Assembly: GCA_045656285.1 (NCBI GenBank)
Contig: JAZOQY010000057.1
Span: forward strand, 1,845-65,844
Direction: 5' to 3'
DNA length: 64,000 nucleotides
Source of the DNA: Kiritimatiellia bacterium
Lineage (GTDB): Bacteria; Verrucomicrobiota; Kiritimatiellia; RFP12; UBA1067
Part shown: positions 44,024-53,914 of the stretch, piece by piece
Position numbering within the stretch: position 1 is the first letter of the stretch
Layout: each line of letters opens with the position of its first letter
Notes under the pieces: generated by a model
What the model saw: only the letters and a program-made list of their open reading frames with translations
The model's database searches: none
What the model was told of the DNA's origin: nothing
Made by a program: the position numbers and the translations under genes

Positions 44024-44872
44024 TCAGCGGAAGTCCGAAACGCGGCAGTATATCCCGCTGGGGCAATCGAATCCTTTACCCTCCAGAAGCATCTCGCCCG
44101 TGGAGAGCGTCGCCTTGGGAAACAGCTGCCTGAGAATGTTTTCGGCGACCTTGCACGAAAGGCCCGGCGTATGAGACGAAAAAAGCACGAAGGAAGGCTT
44201 TTGCGAAAGAAGATCCTTCACAAGCGAAAGCGTCTCCTTCAGATCCCTCTCGATCTTGTACATCTCGCCGGAGGCCCCGCGGCCGAACGTCGGAGGATCG
44301 AGAATTATGCCGTCGTAGGTGCGGGCGCGGCGGATCTCGCGTCTCATGAACTTGTGGGCGTCATCGGTGATCCAGCGCACCGGAGCGTCGGAAAGTCCGT
44401 TCAAGGCCGCGTTTTCGCGCGCCCATTCAACCATGCCGCGAGAAGCGTCGAGGTGGCACGCCTCGGCTCCTCCCAGCGCGGCCGCCATGGTCGACCCGCC
44501 GGAATAGGCGAAGAGATTCAGGACCTTCAGCCGGGCTCCGCCGCGCAACGCGGTATCCGCTTCGACCTTGGAGCGGATCCACTTCCATTGGGCGCGCTGT
44601 TCGGGGAAAATCCCCAGATGGCCGAAATCGGTTCCGCCGAGCTTGAAGCGGATGCCGGCGGTTTCTATCTTCCACTCTTTTGGAAGGTTTGTGCGTCCGT
44701 GCCAGCGGTTGCCGTCTTCGCGGTCGAACGATGCGTCCGCAGCCCTCCAGTCGGCATCCGGCAATTGAGGCCGCCACATCGCCTGGGAACAGGGACGGGC
44801 AAGAACGTATCTTCCGAAACGCTCAAGCTTGCGGCCGTCTCCTGAATCAAGAAGCTCGTAATCGTCTTTCAT
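44024..44872 (-). CDS. class I SAM-dependent methyltransferase (RlmI/PF10672-like)
   Basis: VLNLFAYSGGSTMAAA SAM-binding motif and ILDPPTFG motif IV. 282 aa. Confidence 0.7.
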   Translation of the reverse strand: MKDDYELLDSGDGRKLERFGRYVLARPCSQAMWRPQLPDADWRAADASFDREDGNRWHGRTNLPKEWKIETAGIRFKLGGTDFGHLGIFPEQRAQWKWIRSKVEADTALRGGARLKVLNLFAYSGGSTMAAALGGAEACHLDASRGMVEWARENAALNGLSDAPVRWITDDAHKFMRREIRRARTYDGIILDPPTFGRGASGEMYKIERDLKETLSLVKDLLSQKPSFVLFSSHTPGLSCKVAENILRQLFPKATLSTGEMLLEGKGFDCPSGIYCRVSDFR

Positions 44873-46635
44873 TTCGCTTTTTTGAATTTTTGGTCGAAAT
44901 CAACTTCAACAGGCACCTTCGGCAGGAACGCGTTGCGCTTTTGCGCATCCCGAAGCTCTTCATCCTTGTCGGCGTCGAACCACCAGTAGGAAAGCACCGC
45001 CTCCTCGTTGCTGTAGCGGGACAGTATCGTGTCAGGCATTCCGAATTTGTTCCAATATATCAACCTCTTCGCCGAAATGTTCCAGAGGAACGCATAGGGA
45101 TGCTCGGCGGAAACGAGCCTGTCGATCTCCCTGTAGGCGGCGTTGCGCTCGGCGACGGTCATCATGGACTTTTCCGCAGCGATGATGCGATCGACCTCTT
45201 CGGACCTGAAACCCGTGTAATTGCCGCTCGTCTTCCTGTCGGCCTCGCTCGAAAGCCAGAATATCTCAGGATTCCTGAAGATCGACGCCCCCATCGCAGA
45301 CCAGGTCATCTGAAAATTGAAGTCGTCCATGTCCTTCATCCAGCTGGTGAAGTCCTTGCGCTCGATGTGCATCCTGATGCCGAGGTTTTCAAGAGCCGTC
45401 TTGAAGTGGACGAGGAACTTGTCGTTGTTCTGTTCCCGCGTCAGGAACTTGAAGACAAACGGCCGGCCGTCCTTCTCAAGAACCCCCGTTTCGGGATTCT
45501 TCGAGAAGCCGGCCTCCTTCAGCAGTTCCGCGGCACCTTCGGAATCGAAAAGAACAAGCTCGTTCGGACAGGGATGCTCTTCGTCGTAAAGATCGCCGTA
45601 GAAGGAATTCTGCATGAAATACTCGTTGTACATCATGGTTCTGTTCATCATGACGCGATCTACAAGCTTCGCCATCGCTTTTCGCACCCGCACGTCATCA
45701 AAGGGGAAATTCCGCATGTTCATCGCGAAACCCTGATAGCCGACCGGCTCGTGATTCGTGACACGGCGCTTCAGTATCCAGTTCCTGTCGTACGCCTTGC
45801 CGTTGGCGGACTGCACCCACAGCCTGGCGGAATAGACGGGATAGACGTCTATCATGTTTTTCATCAGCGCAAAGAAGCCGTTTTCGTTTTCGGCATAGTA
45901 GCGCATCACGATTTCGTCGAAATTGTACACATGCCTGCACGAGGGCAAATCCTTTCGCCACCATGTCTTGACGCGCGAATACACCGTTTCGACATTTTCG
46001 TCGACCTTCGAGATCATGTAGGGGCCGCCTGCCGGCGCACCGAGAAAATCAAGCTTGTTGAAATCCTTTCCCTCGAAGGCGTGGCGCGGAAGGATCCAGA
46101 AGGTTCCGCAATGCATGAGGTCGCGCCAGTTGCGCGGCGTGCTGCCTTTCTTCCTGAACTTGACCGTAAGGGGACGGTCGCTGTCGGCGTCCAGGATCTC
46201 GGGGCTTTCAAACCCGCCGAGCATGGTCTTGTACGGCCCGCTGTTGCTCTTCCTGTCCATGACCGCGTCAAAGGTCCATTTGACGTCCAATGCGCTCACC
46301 GGACGCCCGTCCGACCATGTCGCACGCTCGTCGATCACAAATGTGTATTCGTTCCAATCGTCGGAGACAGCCCATTTCTTCGCAACGCACGGCGTGAATT
46401 CGAGTGTCTCCGAGTCGGTCGAGATCAGAGGCAGATACATCATCGAAAACATCATCGACGTGTAGGAGCTTGTATCGATGTAGGCGTTGTTGCTCTCAGG
46501 AGCGCTCGCGCCGTTAAATCTGATGCGTCCGCCTTTTTTGGCGTGAACCGACGCTACCGGATCGGGCCGATCGACCCAATCCGGCGCAGGATACCATGTT
46601 ACTGCGGCAAGAGCGGCAGCGGCGAAAAATGTCAT
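44869..46635 (-). CDS. ABC transporter substrate-binding protein, family 5 (peptide/opine/nickel type)
   Basis: 588 aa with an N-terminal hydrophobic signal. Overall resemblance to OppA/YejA-type binding proteins. No cognate permease or ATPase lies adjacent. Confidence 0.65.
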   Translation of the reverse strand: MTFFAAAALAAVTWYPAPDWVDRPDPVASVHAKKGGRIRFNGASAPESNNAYIDTSSYTSMMFSMMYLPLISTDSETLEFTPCVAKKWAVSDDWNEYTFVIDERATWSDGRPVSALDVKWTFDAVMDRKSNSGPYKTMLGGFESPEILDADSDRPLTVKFRKKGSTPRNWRDLMHCGTFWILPRHAFEGKDFNKLDFLGAPAGGPYMISKVDENVETVYSRVKTWWRKDLPSCRHVYNFDEIVMRYYAENENGFFALMKNMIDVYPVYSARLWVQSANGKAYDRNWILKRRVTNHEPVGYQGFAMNMRNFPFDDVRVRKAMAKLVDRVMMNRTMMYNEYFMQNSFYGDLYDEEHPCPNELVLFDSEGAAELLKEAGFSKNPETGVLEKDGRPFVFKFLTREQNNDKFLVHFKTALENLGIRMHIERKDFTSWMKDMDDFNFQMTWSAMGASIFRNPEIFWLSSEADRKTSGNYTGFRSEEVDRIIAAEKSMMTVAERNAAYREIDRLVSAEHPYAFLWNISAKRLIYWNKFGMPDTILSRYSNEEAVLSYWWFDADKDEELRDAQKRNAFLPKVPVEVDFDQKFKKAK

Positions 46636-47855
46636 AATACGCCTTTCAGTCTCTCGATGGCCTCGAGAACGTTCTCGCGCGAATTGAAGGACGAAATGCG
46701 GATGTACCCTTCTCCCGCTGCGCCGAAACCGGCGCCGGGCGTGGTGACGACGTTGGCTTCCTTGAGAAGCTTGTCGAAGATGTCCCAGCTGCCGCCCTTG
46801 GCGTCAACCCAGAGATAAGGCGAGTCGCCGCCGCCCGTGACGGTGTATCCGAGCGATTCGATCGCCTCCTTCATGAGACGTCCGTTCTCGAGATAGAAGT
46901 CGATGATCTTGCGGCACTGCTCGCGGCCCTCGGGCGAATAGATCGCCTCTGCGCCACGCTGCGTGATGTAGCTCGCGCCGTTGAACTTCGTCGTCTGGCG
47001 ACGCATCCACATGGAGCGGAGCTCGACAGGCGTACCGTCGGCTGCGTATGCGACAAGGCCCTTGGGGACGACGGTGTAGCCGCAGCGGATGCCTGTGAAG
47101 CCGGCGGTCTTCGAATAGCTGCGAAATTCGATGGCGCACTTCTTCGCGCCTTCGCACTCGTAGATCGAATGGGGAATGCCCGGAGTGCGGATGAACGCCT
47201 CGTATGCCGCATCGAAAAGTATGAGCGCCTTGTTGGCGTTGGCCCAGTCGACCCACGCCTGAAGCTGCTCCTTGGTGGCGACGGCGCCCGTCGGGTTGTT
47301 GGGATAGCAAAGATAGACGATATCGCATCCGTTGGCCGATTCGGGGGAGGGGACAAAACAGTTGGAGGCGTCGCACGTCAGATAGGTGAGGTTTGCGTAA
47401 CGTCCGTTTTCGTTGGCGCCCGTGCGTCCGGCCATGACGTTCGTGTCGACGTAGACGGGATAAACGGGGTCGCCTACGGCAATCTTGACGTCGTCGCCGA
47501 AGAGCTCCTGGATGTTGCCGCAGTCGCACTTCGCGCCGTCGGAGATGAAGATCTCGTCGGCCGCGATGTCGACGCCGCGCTCGGCGAAGTCGACGGCCGC
47601 AACCTTGTCGCGGAGAAACGCGTAACCCTGTTCGGGGCCGTATCCGTAGAATGTGGAACGGTTGGCGACGTCGTCGACGGCCTTGTGCATGGCCTCGATA
47701 ATTGCGGGGGCGAGAGGCTCTGTGACATCGCCGATGCCGAGGCGGATGATCTTCGCGTCGGGGTTCGCGGCCTGATGGGCGCTCACCCTGTGGGCGATTT
47801 CGGTGAAAAGGTAGCTGGCCTTGATTTTCGAATAGTTTTCGTTTACGTGAAGCAT
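46632..47855 (-). CDS. dapL: LL-diaminopimelate aminotransferase
   Basis: [24 protein letters not shown]...[13 protein letters not shown] is the characteristic DapL N-terminus. The [15 protein letters not shown] segment holds the PLP lysine. Confidence 0.88.
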   Translation of the reverse strand: MLHVNENYSKIKASYLFTEIAHRVSAHQAANPDAKIIRLGIGDVTEPLAPAIIEAMHKAVDDVANRSTFYGYGPEQGYAFLRDKVAAVDFAERGVDIAADEIFISDGAKCDCGNIQELFGDDVKIAVGDPVYPVYVDTNVMAGRTGANENGRYANLTYLTCDASNCFVPSPESANGCDIVYLCYPNNPTGAVATKEQLQAWVDWANANKALILFDAAYEAFIRTPGIPHSIYECEGAKKCAIEFRSYSKTAGFTGIRCGYTVVPKGLVAYAADGTPVELRSMWMRRQTTKFNGASYITQRGAEAIYSPEGREQCRKIIDFYLENGRLMKEAIESLGYTVTGGGDSPYLWVDAKGGSWDIFDKLLKEANVVTTPGAGFGAAGEGYIRISSFNSRENVLEAIERLKGVL

Positions 47856-47877
47856 GGTTTTCTCCTTAGATTAGTTT

Positions 47878-49425
47878 TCAAGATTGGTTTTCATCGTCTG
47901 AAAGGCTGGGCATGAATCCGTCGATCGCGGCGATCATGACAAAAAACAGCGACATGACCGCCGGGCTGCGGAGCGGGCAGTCTCCCATCGAATGCAGCAA
48001 GGTGGCCGCCATGGCCAGCAGGATGCAGAACGCGCTCGCCGGAAGCGCGAAGATCGCTATAGGCCGCGCAGGCCTCTTGGAACCCTTCAGGAAAGACGCC
48101 GTCACTATGAGCCGTCTCCACGCCCGGACCACAGGCACCAGCAGCAAGACCAGCATCGCCACGATCAAAAGGAATCCGACAAGCCCGTGCTCGGCGAGGA
48201 ACTGGAGGAAATCGTTATGGACATTGATGCCTCCGACCTCCTGGATGTTTTCGAAATCCTCGTCGGTCATCTTGTCGATGGCGAAGTGCTTGTAGCCCCA
48301 GCCGCCGCATCCGAAAAGGAAATTGTCGAGCCACACATCTGTAGCGACCCTGAAATGATACTGGTCCTTGCCGGAGATCCGGTCGAGAACGGCATTGCTG
48401 TTGATCGTCGAAAGCTCCTTGTTGAAATCTCCCGACTCGATAATGCTGTCGCTTTTGGTCGTCACGACGTAAAACAGCGCGGAGACAATCGCCAGAGCGA
48501 CGATGTTCATGGCGACCAGCTTGACGCGTTTCACGCGATTGGCGGAATGAAGGAAGCTGACCAGCGAATGCATGAAGAAAACCAAGGCCAGCAGCGAGGC
48601 GAGAATGATTGCGGCCCTCGACAGGGTCATGAAGGCGGAGAGGAAGAATATCACCGCAGGAATGAGGAAATAATGCTTTTTCCAGAATACGTCATGCCCG
48701 TTCGACTTGACCTCCGTAACGCGCTCGGAATAGGACACCTCGTCGACCTTCCGGCGCCAAAGCGCGATCGACAGCGCAAACAGAGTCACGAAATAATCGC
48801 CCGCCATGTTCGAATACCCGAACGTGGAGAAGAAATACACCTTATCGCCCCACTCCTTCTCGTCGGCCCAGAGCGGTGCGCTCGCATTCGTGATGTATTG
48901 AAGAAATCCGATCGCGCTTAAAGCCATCCCGTTCCAGACGATAAGTTCAAGAACCTTCCTTTTGCCGCGCTTGAGCAAGGCGTGCTTGACGGCCAGCATG
49001 GCGATGAGTGCGGAATAGAACCAAACCGTGACATTCAGATGCTCCAGCCTGTTTACGCAGAACGGCATGGAGGGGAACGGAGGGGCTTGCCGCGCGCCGT
49101 CGAAGGCTATCTCCGGATAATTGCACGACGGGCACAACCCCTTGTTGACAAAGGGAACGAGCAGAAGAAGAAGGAAGAAGACGGCAACCCAGGTGAGAGG
49201 ATCGCTCTTGACGGCCTTCCAGACCCTGCGGCGCGCCTCGAAGGTGGTTTCGCCGGCATGCCGCTGCGGGAAGCAGATCATCAGCTCGCAAACCAAGGCG
49301 ATCAGCCAGGGGATTGTCGGCAGCAGCTCCGCGGCGACGGTGCCTCCGTAGAGCCATGTGAAGGCCGAGCACAGCAAAGCCACGCCGATCACTGCGGCAT
49401 TGTCATATAGAAAGCGCATATTCAA
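47878..49425 (-). CDS. O-antigen ligase / polymerase family membrane protein
   Basis: 515-aa polytopic protein with a central periplasmic loop and a Wzy_C-like segment (SRAAIILASLLALVFF...). Assigned on general resemblance. Confidence 0.55.
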   Translation of the reverse strand: MNMRFLYDNAAVIGVALLCSAFTWLYGGTVAAELLPTIPWLIALVCELMICFPQRHAGETTFEARRRVWKAVKSDPLTWVAVFFLLLLLVPFVNKGLCPSCNYPEIAFDGARQAPPFPSMPFCVNRLEHLNVTVWFYSALIAMLAVKHALLKRGKRKVLELIVWNGMALSAIGFLQYITNASAPLWADEKEWGDKVYFFSTFGYSNMAGDYFVTLFALSIALWRRKVDEVSYSERVTEVKSNGHDVFWKKHYFLIPAVIFFLSAFMTLSRAAIILASLLALVFFMHSLVSFLHSANRVKRVKLVAMNIVALAIVSALFYVVTTKSDSIIESGDFNKELSTINSNAVLDRISGKDQYHFRVATDVWLDNFLFGCGGWGYKHFAIDKMTDEDFENIQEVGGINVHNDFLQFLAEHGLVGFLLIVAMLVLLLVPVVRAWRRLIVTASFLKGSKRPARPIAIFALPASAFCILLAMAATLLHSMGDCPLRSPAVMSLFFVMIAAIDGFMPSLSDDENQS

Positions 49426-50473
49426 CCACCTTTCCGACGGCGTCGCATTCGGCTACCTTTCCGACGCTTTCGCCTTTTACATAAAGTATAAATTCACCGT
49501 CCGCTCCGCAAAGCGCGATATCGGCGCCCTTGGCTTCGCCGGGGCCGTTGACCGCACACCCCATCACGGCGACATGCGGAAGTTTGACCCCGTCCTTTGC
49601 GAGCGTTTCAAGCGCGATCTCGATCTGCGAAGCGATATGCATCAGATCGACTTTCGTGCGCCCGCATGTCGGACACGAAGTTATGGCCGGTCCCGGCTCC
49701 CGCAGAGAAAGCGAGCGCAAAATCTCCATCCCGACGCGCACCTCCTTCTCGGGACGGGCGGTCAGCGAAACGCGGACGGTGTCGCCGATCCCCTCCGAAA
49801 GCAATATCCCCAGCGCGACGGAATTGCGCACCGTGCCCGGAAGGAACGTCCCGGCCTCCGTCACTCCGAGATGGAGCGGACAGTCGGTCGTCTCGGCGAG
49901 CATGCGGTATACCTCTATCGTTTCGGCGACGTTGGACGCCTTGGCGCTGATGACGACATCGCGAAAGCCTTCATCCTCCAGAAGCTTGAGGTGACGCATC
50001 GCCGACTTGACGAGCAGAGGCGCCCGCCGCTCTCCGGCGGCCACCTCCGCCGCGAGATCGCGCTCCAGGGAACCGGCATTGACACCGATGCGGATCGGCA
50101 CATTCCTCTCCTTCGCCGCACGGGCGACAGCCTGGACGTTTTCCCGCGGACCGATATTCCCCGGGTTGAGCCTGAGCGCATCGGCACCGGCCCCGATCGC
50201 GGCCAGCGCACAGCGGTAGTCGAAATGAATGTCGGCGACCATCGGAATCGGCGAAGACTTTCTGACCTCTCCGAAGACTTTCGCCGCTTCAATATCGGGC
50301 ACGGTAAGGCGTATGATATCGCATCCGACCGCCGCGCACGCCGCGATCTGCTCTGACAATCCTGCGGCATCATGCGGATCGACGTTGCACATCGTCTGGA
50401 CGCTCACGGGAGCGCCTCCGCCGACATAGTGAGAGCCGACTTTTACCTGTCTGGTGTCACTTCGCCTGAACAT
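49403..50473 (-). CDS. ispG: 4-hydroxy-3-methylbut-2-en-1-yl diphosphate synthase
   Basis: VGSHYVGGGAPVSVQTM N-terminus and the C-terminal Cys motifs CPTCGR ... GCAVNGPGE. Confidence 0.92.
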   Translation of the reverse strand: MFRRSDTRQVKVGSHYVGGGAPVSVQTMCNVDPHDAAGLSEQIAACAAVGCDIIRLTVPDIEAAKVFGEVRKSSPIPMVADIHFDYRCALAAIGAGADALRLNPGNIGPRENVQAVARAAKERNVPIRIGVNAGSLERDLAAEVAAGERRAPLLVKSAMRHLKLLEDEGFRDVVISAKASNVAETIEVYRMLAETTDCPLHLGVTEAGTFLPGTVRNSVALGILLSEGIGDTVRVSLTARPEKEVRVGMEILRSLSLREPGPAITSCPTCGRTKVDLMHIASQIEIALETLAKDGVKLPHVAVMGCAVNGPGEAKGADIALCGADGEFILYVKGESVGKVAECDAVGKVVEYALSI

Positions 50474-51680
50474 CGTTTTTCTTAGGCTCGTCCGTCGCGC
50501 CCGTATTCGAATTCTCCGTCTTGTTTTTGTCCTCTGAAACCTCTACCTTTGCGGTATCGTTCGTTTGGGATGAAACTTCCCTGACGACTCCTAGATCTAC
50601 GGTCTTGCTCACGGTTCCGACCCGCCAGAAATCCCTCGCGACGAGAAAGAGCATAAGACCCATAAGAATATACATGAAGAACGTCGACAGAGCGGCGATG
50701 ATCTTATCGGGTATCCTGCGGCGGAATATCATCGCTATCAGCGAGAAGAGTATAAGTCCGCCGTCAAGTACGGGAATCGGAAGAAGATTCATCACCGCGA
50801 GGTTCGTATTTATGAAACGCAGAAATCCGAGCCCGTCCCAGGTATCGCTGCGAATTGTGGCGTACGTCCCTTTCGCGATCATGACCGGCCCGCCTATCGC
50901 CTTTCCTGTAGCTTTCGCCTCCTTCGGAGTTACGAGCCCCTTGAGCGCACGGAAGACGGACCCTGCGTCCCACATCACCTGATCGACAATGCCGCGCTTC
51001 GGCATCCACATGGCATAGCGGGCGCATTCGTTGGTTTCTGAAACAGCTCCGATATAAGCGACGCCGTTCTCTTTGACTTGAGGCGTGATTTTCAAAGTAA
51101 GTTCTGAATCGTCGCGACGAACTACAAAATCGGTTTCGCGGTTGGCGGCAAACTGAACTTCCGTCGTCATTTTGCTCCAGCTGTCTACAGGATTGCCGTC
51201 GACGCTCAACACTTCATCACCTTCCTTAAGGCCGCCCTTCTCGGCAGGGCTATCGGTGAGAATGCCGCCGATCTTGGCGGGAATCGTCCCGAACTTCGCC
51301 CCGGGCGCACAATAGAGAATAATCGCGAGAGCAAACGCGAACACTATATTCATCATCGGACCCGCGAGCGCGACGACAAAATCTTTCCACGGAGGCATAA
51401 CCTTCCTTTTTTTGTCACCGCCGCCTTCAAGGATCTTGGTTCCTTCAGGATCGGCGTCGGGAATCGATACGTAGCCGCCGAGAGGGATGCAGCTTATGCG
51501 GTATTCTACGCCCTTATATGTCTTTTTCCAGATTGCGGGACCAAAGCCTATCGAAAAGCGTTCGACTCTGTAACCGAGTTTCAACGCGGCGATAAAGTGA
51601 CCGAATTCATGAATCGCGATCGAAAACGAAAAAAGAAGAACGCAAAGAACTATGTATCCGATTGTTATAAGTATTTCCAT
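50457..51680 (-). CDS. rseP: RIP site-2 metalloprotease RseP
   Basis: HEFGHF zinc motif, a PDZ segment, and NLAVMNLLPIPVLDGG. Confidence 0.9.
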   Translation of the reverse strand: MEILITIGYIVLCVLLFSFSIAIHEFGHFIAALKLGYRVERFSIGFGPAIWKKTYKGVEYRISCIPLGGYVSIPDADPEGTKILEGGGDKKRKVMPPWKDFVVALAGPMMNIVFAFALAIILYCAPGAKFGTIPAKIGGILTDSPAEKGGLKEGDEVLSVDGNPVDSWSKMTTEVQFAANRETDFVVRRDDSELTLKITPQVKENGVAYIGAVSETNECARYAMWMPKRGIVDQVMWDAGSVFRALKGLVTPKEAKATGKAIGGPVMIAKGTYATIRSDTWDGLGFLRFINTNLAVMNLLPIPVLDGGLILFSLIAMIFRRRIPDKIIAALSTFFMYILMGLMLFLVARDFWRVGTVSKTVDLGVVREVSSQTNDTAKVEVSEDKNKTENSNTGATDEPKKNDVQAK

Positions 51681-51693
51681 CTCTACCTCTTAT

Positions 51694-52767
51694 TCATTTT
51701 GAAAGTTCAGCCCTCGCCCACCTGTCGGCCTCCATGACGGCTTCAAGCGAATCGCAGTCCATCTTCGGGGCCTTTGAGAGACACAGCTCAAGAGACTTGG
51801 CTATGTCGACATAGCCAATGGAGCCTTCAAGAAACCTTTCGACAGCCCATTCATCTGCCGACGCGAGAATCGCAGGCGCGCAACCGCCCATATTGCATGC
51901 CTCGCGCACAAGATTGAGGCACGGGAACCGACCGGGATCGGGCGCGCGGAACGTAAGCGAACCGAGCTTGGCGAGATCCAACGCTTCTCGATCGGCCTTT
52001 ACGCGCTCTGGGTGGGTCAAAGCGTATTGGATCGCAACGCGCATGTCGGGCGGCGAAAGCTGAGCCAATGTCGCCCCGTCGACGAAAGTGACCAGACTAT
52101 GAACGATTGATTCGGGATGAACAACAACATCGATTCTGTCAATCGGCACATCGAAAAGCCACCTCGCTTCGATCATCTCGAAGCCCTTGTTCATCATCGT
52201 CGAGGAATCGATCGTCACCTTCGGCCCCATCTTCCAGCGCGGATGGTTGAGCGCCTGTTCTACCGTAACCGCAGACAGATCGGCGGGCGAATCGAGGAAA
52301 GGACCTCCGGACGCGGTGAGGATGAGGCGAGATATGAGGGACGATGGCGACGAGTGTGGCAGGCACTGGAAGATGGCGGAATGCTCGCTGTCGACAGGCA
52401 GGAACTTTACGCCCTTTTTCGCGGCGGCCTTCGTGACAAGTTCGCCGGCCATAACCATCACTTCTTTAGTCGCAAGCGCGATATCCATCCCCTTTTCGAT
52501 CGCCGCCAATGTCGGTTTCAGACCGCTTAATCCGACCGTCGAAACAAGGCAGATGTCGGCATCGTTTTCTTCGACGGCACGGACAGCCGCATCTTCACCG
52601 ACATACGCTTTGGCGCCGAGAACGGCGGCGACAGCCTCGCACTGAAGTTTATTCCTCAGCGCAGCTACCGCAACAACCTCGAACAGATCGGGATTGGAGG
52701 ATATGACATCGACGGCATTCATGCCGATCGATCCCGTTACTCCAAGAATTATCACCTTTTTCGCCAT
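51694..52767 (-). CDS. dxr: 1-deoxy-D-xylulose 5-phosphate reductoisomerase
   Basis: MAKKVIILGVTGSIGMNAVDVI N-terminus, plus LPVDSEHSAIFQC and NKGFEMIEA motifs. Confidence 0.92.
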   Translation of the reverse strand: MAKKVIILGVTGSIGMNAVDVISSNPDLFEVVAVAALRNKLQCEAVAAVLGAKAYVGEDAAVRAVEENDADICLVSTVGLSGLKPTLAAIEKGMDIALATKEVMVMAGELVTKAAAKKGVKFLPVDSEHSAIFQCLPHSSPSSLISRLILTASGGPFLDSPADLSAVTVEQALNHPRWKMGPKVTIDSSTMMNKGFEMIEARWLFDVPIDRIDVVVHPESIVHSLVTFVDGATLAQLSPPDMRVAIQYALTHPERVKADREALDLAKLGSLTFRAPDPGRFPCLNLVREACNMGGCAPAILASADEWAVERFLEGSIGYVDIAKSLELCLSKAPKMDCDSLEAVMEADRWARAELSK

Positions 52768-52774
52768 TTGGCAT

Positions 52775-52783
52775 ATTATATCA
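52775..52783 (-). promoter_or_regulatory. extended -10 element (TGATATAAT) immediately upstream of dxr
   Basis: Minus strand reads aattTTGATATAATatgccaaATGgcg, with only 7 nt between the -10 and the dxr ATG. Confidence 0.5.
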
Positions 52784-52806
52784 AAATTTTGAGATGTCTT
52801 GGAGAA

Positions 52807-53895
52807 TTAGCGAATCTTCAGAAAAAGTATAAGAAGGATCGGCATCACGACAAGCTGAAGAAGAATAAAGCGCATCAAAACCTGAGCATTGGTCCAGCCG
52901 AGATTTTTTTTGCAATGGTCGTGCAGCGGGAATCGGATCTTCCGGATTGTGGCATCTTCGCCGATATTCATGCCGATTTTCTTGGCGACCCTCAACAGGA
53001 CCAGTTTCGCAAGCCCCCCGCCGCCGTTGATGAGAACGACGGGAGAGAGCGCCAGAATCAGGAACGGATTGCCCGCGACCAAAACGGCCGTCGCGACAAG
53101 AATGCCAAGGAAACGGCTCCCCGCATCGCCCATCAGAATCTTGGACGGCTCGGCGTTGAACCAAAGATATCCGCCAAAAGCGCCGGAGACGATGATCAAA
53201 ACGATAGCCCACGATGCGGCTCCGGGGTTGCCCGGAATTCTCAGATACGCCGCAACCGGATCGTATCCGATGATCACATAAAGCATGACAGCCAGCATGA
53301 CGAGCGTAATAAGCGTCAATGAGCCCGCCAGCCCGTCGACGCCATCGGAGCAGTTCGTCGCGTTCATCGAAAACCAGAGCAGAAACGCGGCGCAAGGCAC
53401 GTAAACATACGGCGGGACCACAAAAACTTCTTTGGTGAAAGGAAGCCAGACTTCCATCCCGCCGCCGTCAGAGTGGCCCAAAAACAGGAATAACGCGATG
53501 CATATTGAAACTACGGCGTCCAAAAGCCCCTTTTTCAGTTCGCCCCACGGCACTTGCGAGCGGTCGTCGAGATAACCGAACAGCATCGCGAAATAAATCG
53601 CCAGGACGGTGAACACATCCCAGAATGCAAGCGGAGCAAAAAGCATGATGATCGGCAAAGCGACAAGCGTGACCACAAGACCTGCGCCCGTGGGCTTGCC
53701 GGCCGACTTCATCCCGTCCTTGCCGAGAATAGCCTTGCCGTGATCGCGAGGAAGCAAGGTCCAAAATTTAGGCAGGAGAAACAGCGACAGGAACGCCGCA
53801 AAGAACGCGCCCAGCGTCAACAGGAACAAATGCGAATGAAAAAGGCGAAAAGGCCCCCATTTCGGAGTGAGAAACTCGGAGAGATAATAAAGCAT
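52807..53895 (-). CDS. mraY: phospho-N-acetylmuramoyl-pentapeptide transferase
   Basis: 362-aa polytopic protein with NATNCSDGVDGLAG and MGDAGSRFLG motifs. Confidence 0.92.
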   Translation of the reverse strand: MLYYLSEFLTPKWGPFRLFHSHLFLLTLGAFFAAFLSLFLLPKFWTLLPRDHGKAILGKDGMKSAGKPTGAGLVVTLVALPIIMLFAPLAFWDVFTVLAIYFAMLFGYLDDRSQVPWGELKKGLLDAVVSICIALFLFLGHSDGGGMEVWLPFTKEVFVVPPYVYVPCAAFLLWFSMNATNCSDGVDGLAGSLTLITLVMLAVMLYVIIGYDPVAAYLRIPGNPGAASWAIVLIIVSGAFGGYLWFNAEPSKILMGDAGSRFLGILVATAVLVAGNPFLILALSPVVLINGGGGLAKLVLLRVAKKIGMNIGEDATIRKIRFPLHDHCKKNLGWTNAQVLMRFILLQLVVMPILLILFLKIR

Positions 53896-53914
53896 TGCGG
53901 GATTCTTTCAGCTT

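Noticed and set aside
44680-46818. Very long plus-strand ORFs: 712 aa here, plus 55310-57073 (587 aa), 35164-36807 (547 aa), 58381-59733 (450 aa), 40565-41899 (444 aa) and 43610-44845 (411 aa).
   Set aside because: Each is the antisense shadow of a minus-strand gene with clear family motifs (binding protein, GlyQS, TopA, LacZ, GreA-like, AroKAE). The translations are Arg/Gly/Ala/His-rich low-complexity sequence with no recognisable motifs. They are typical of open antisense frames in GC-rich coding DNA.
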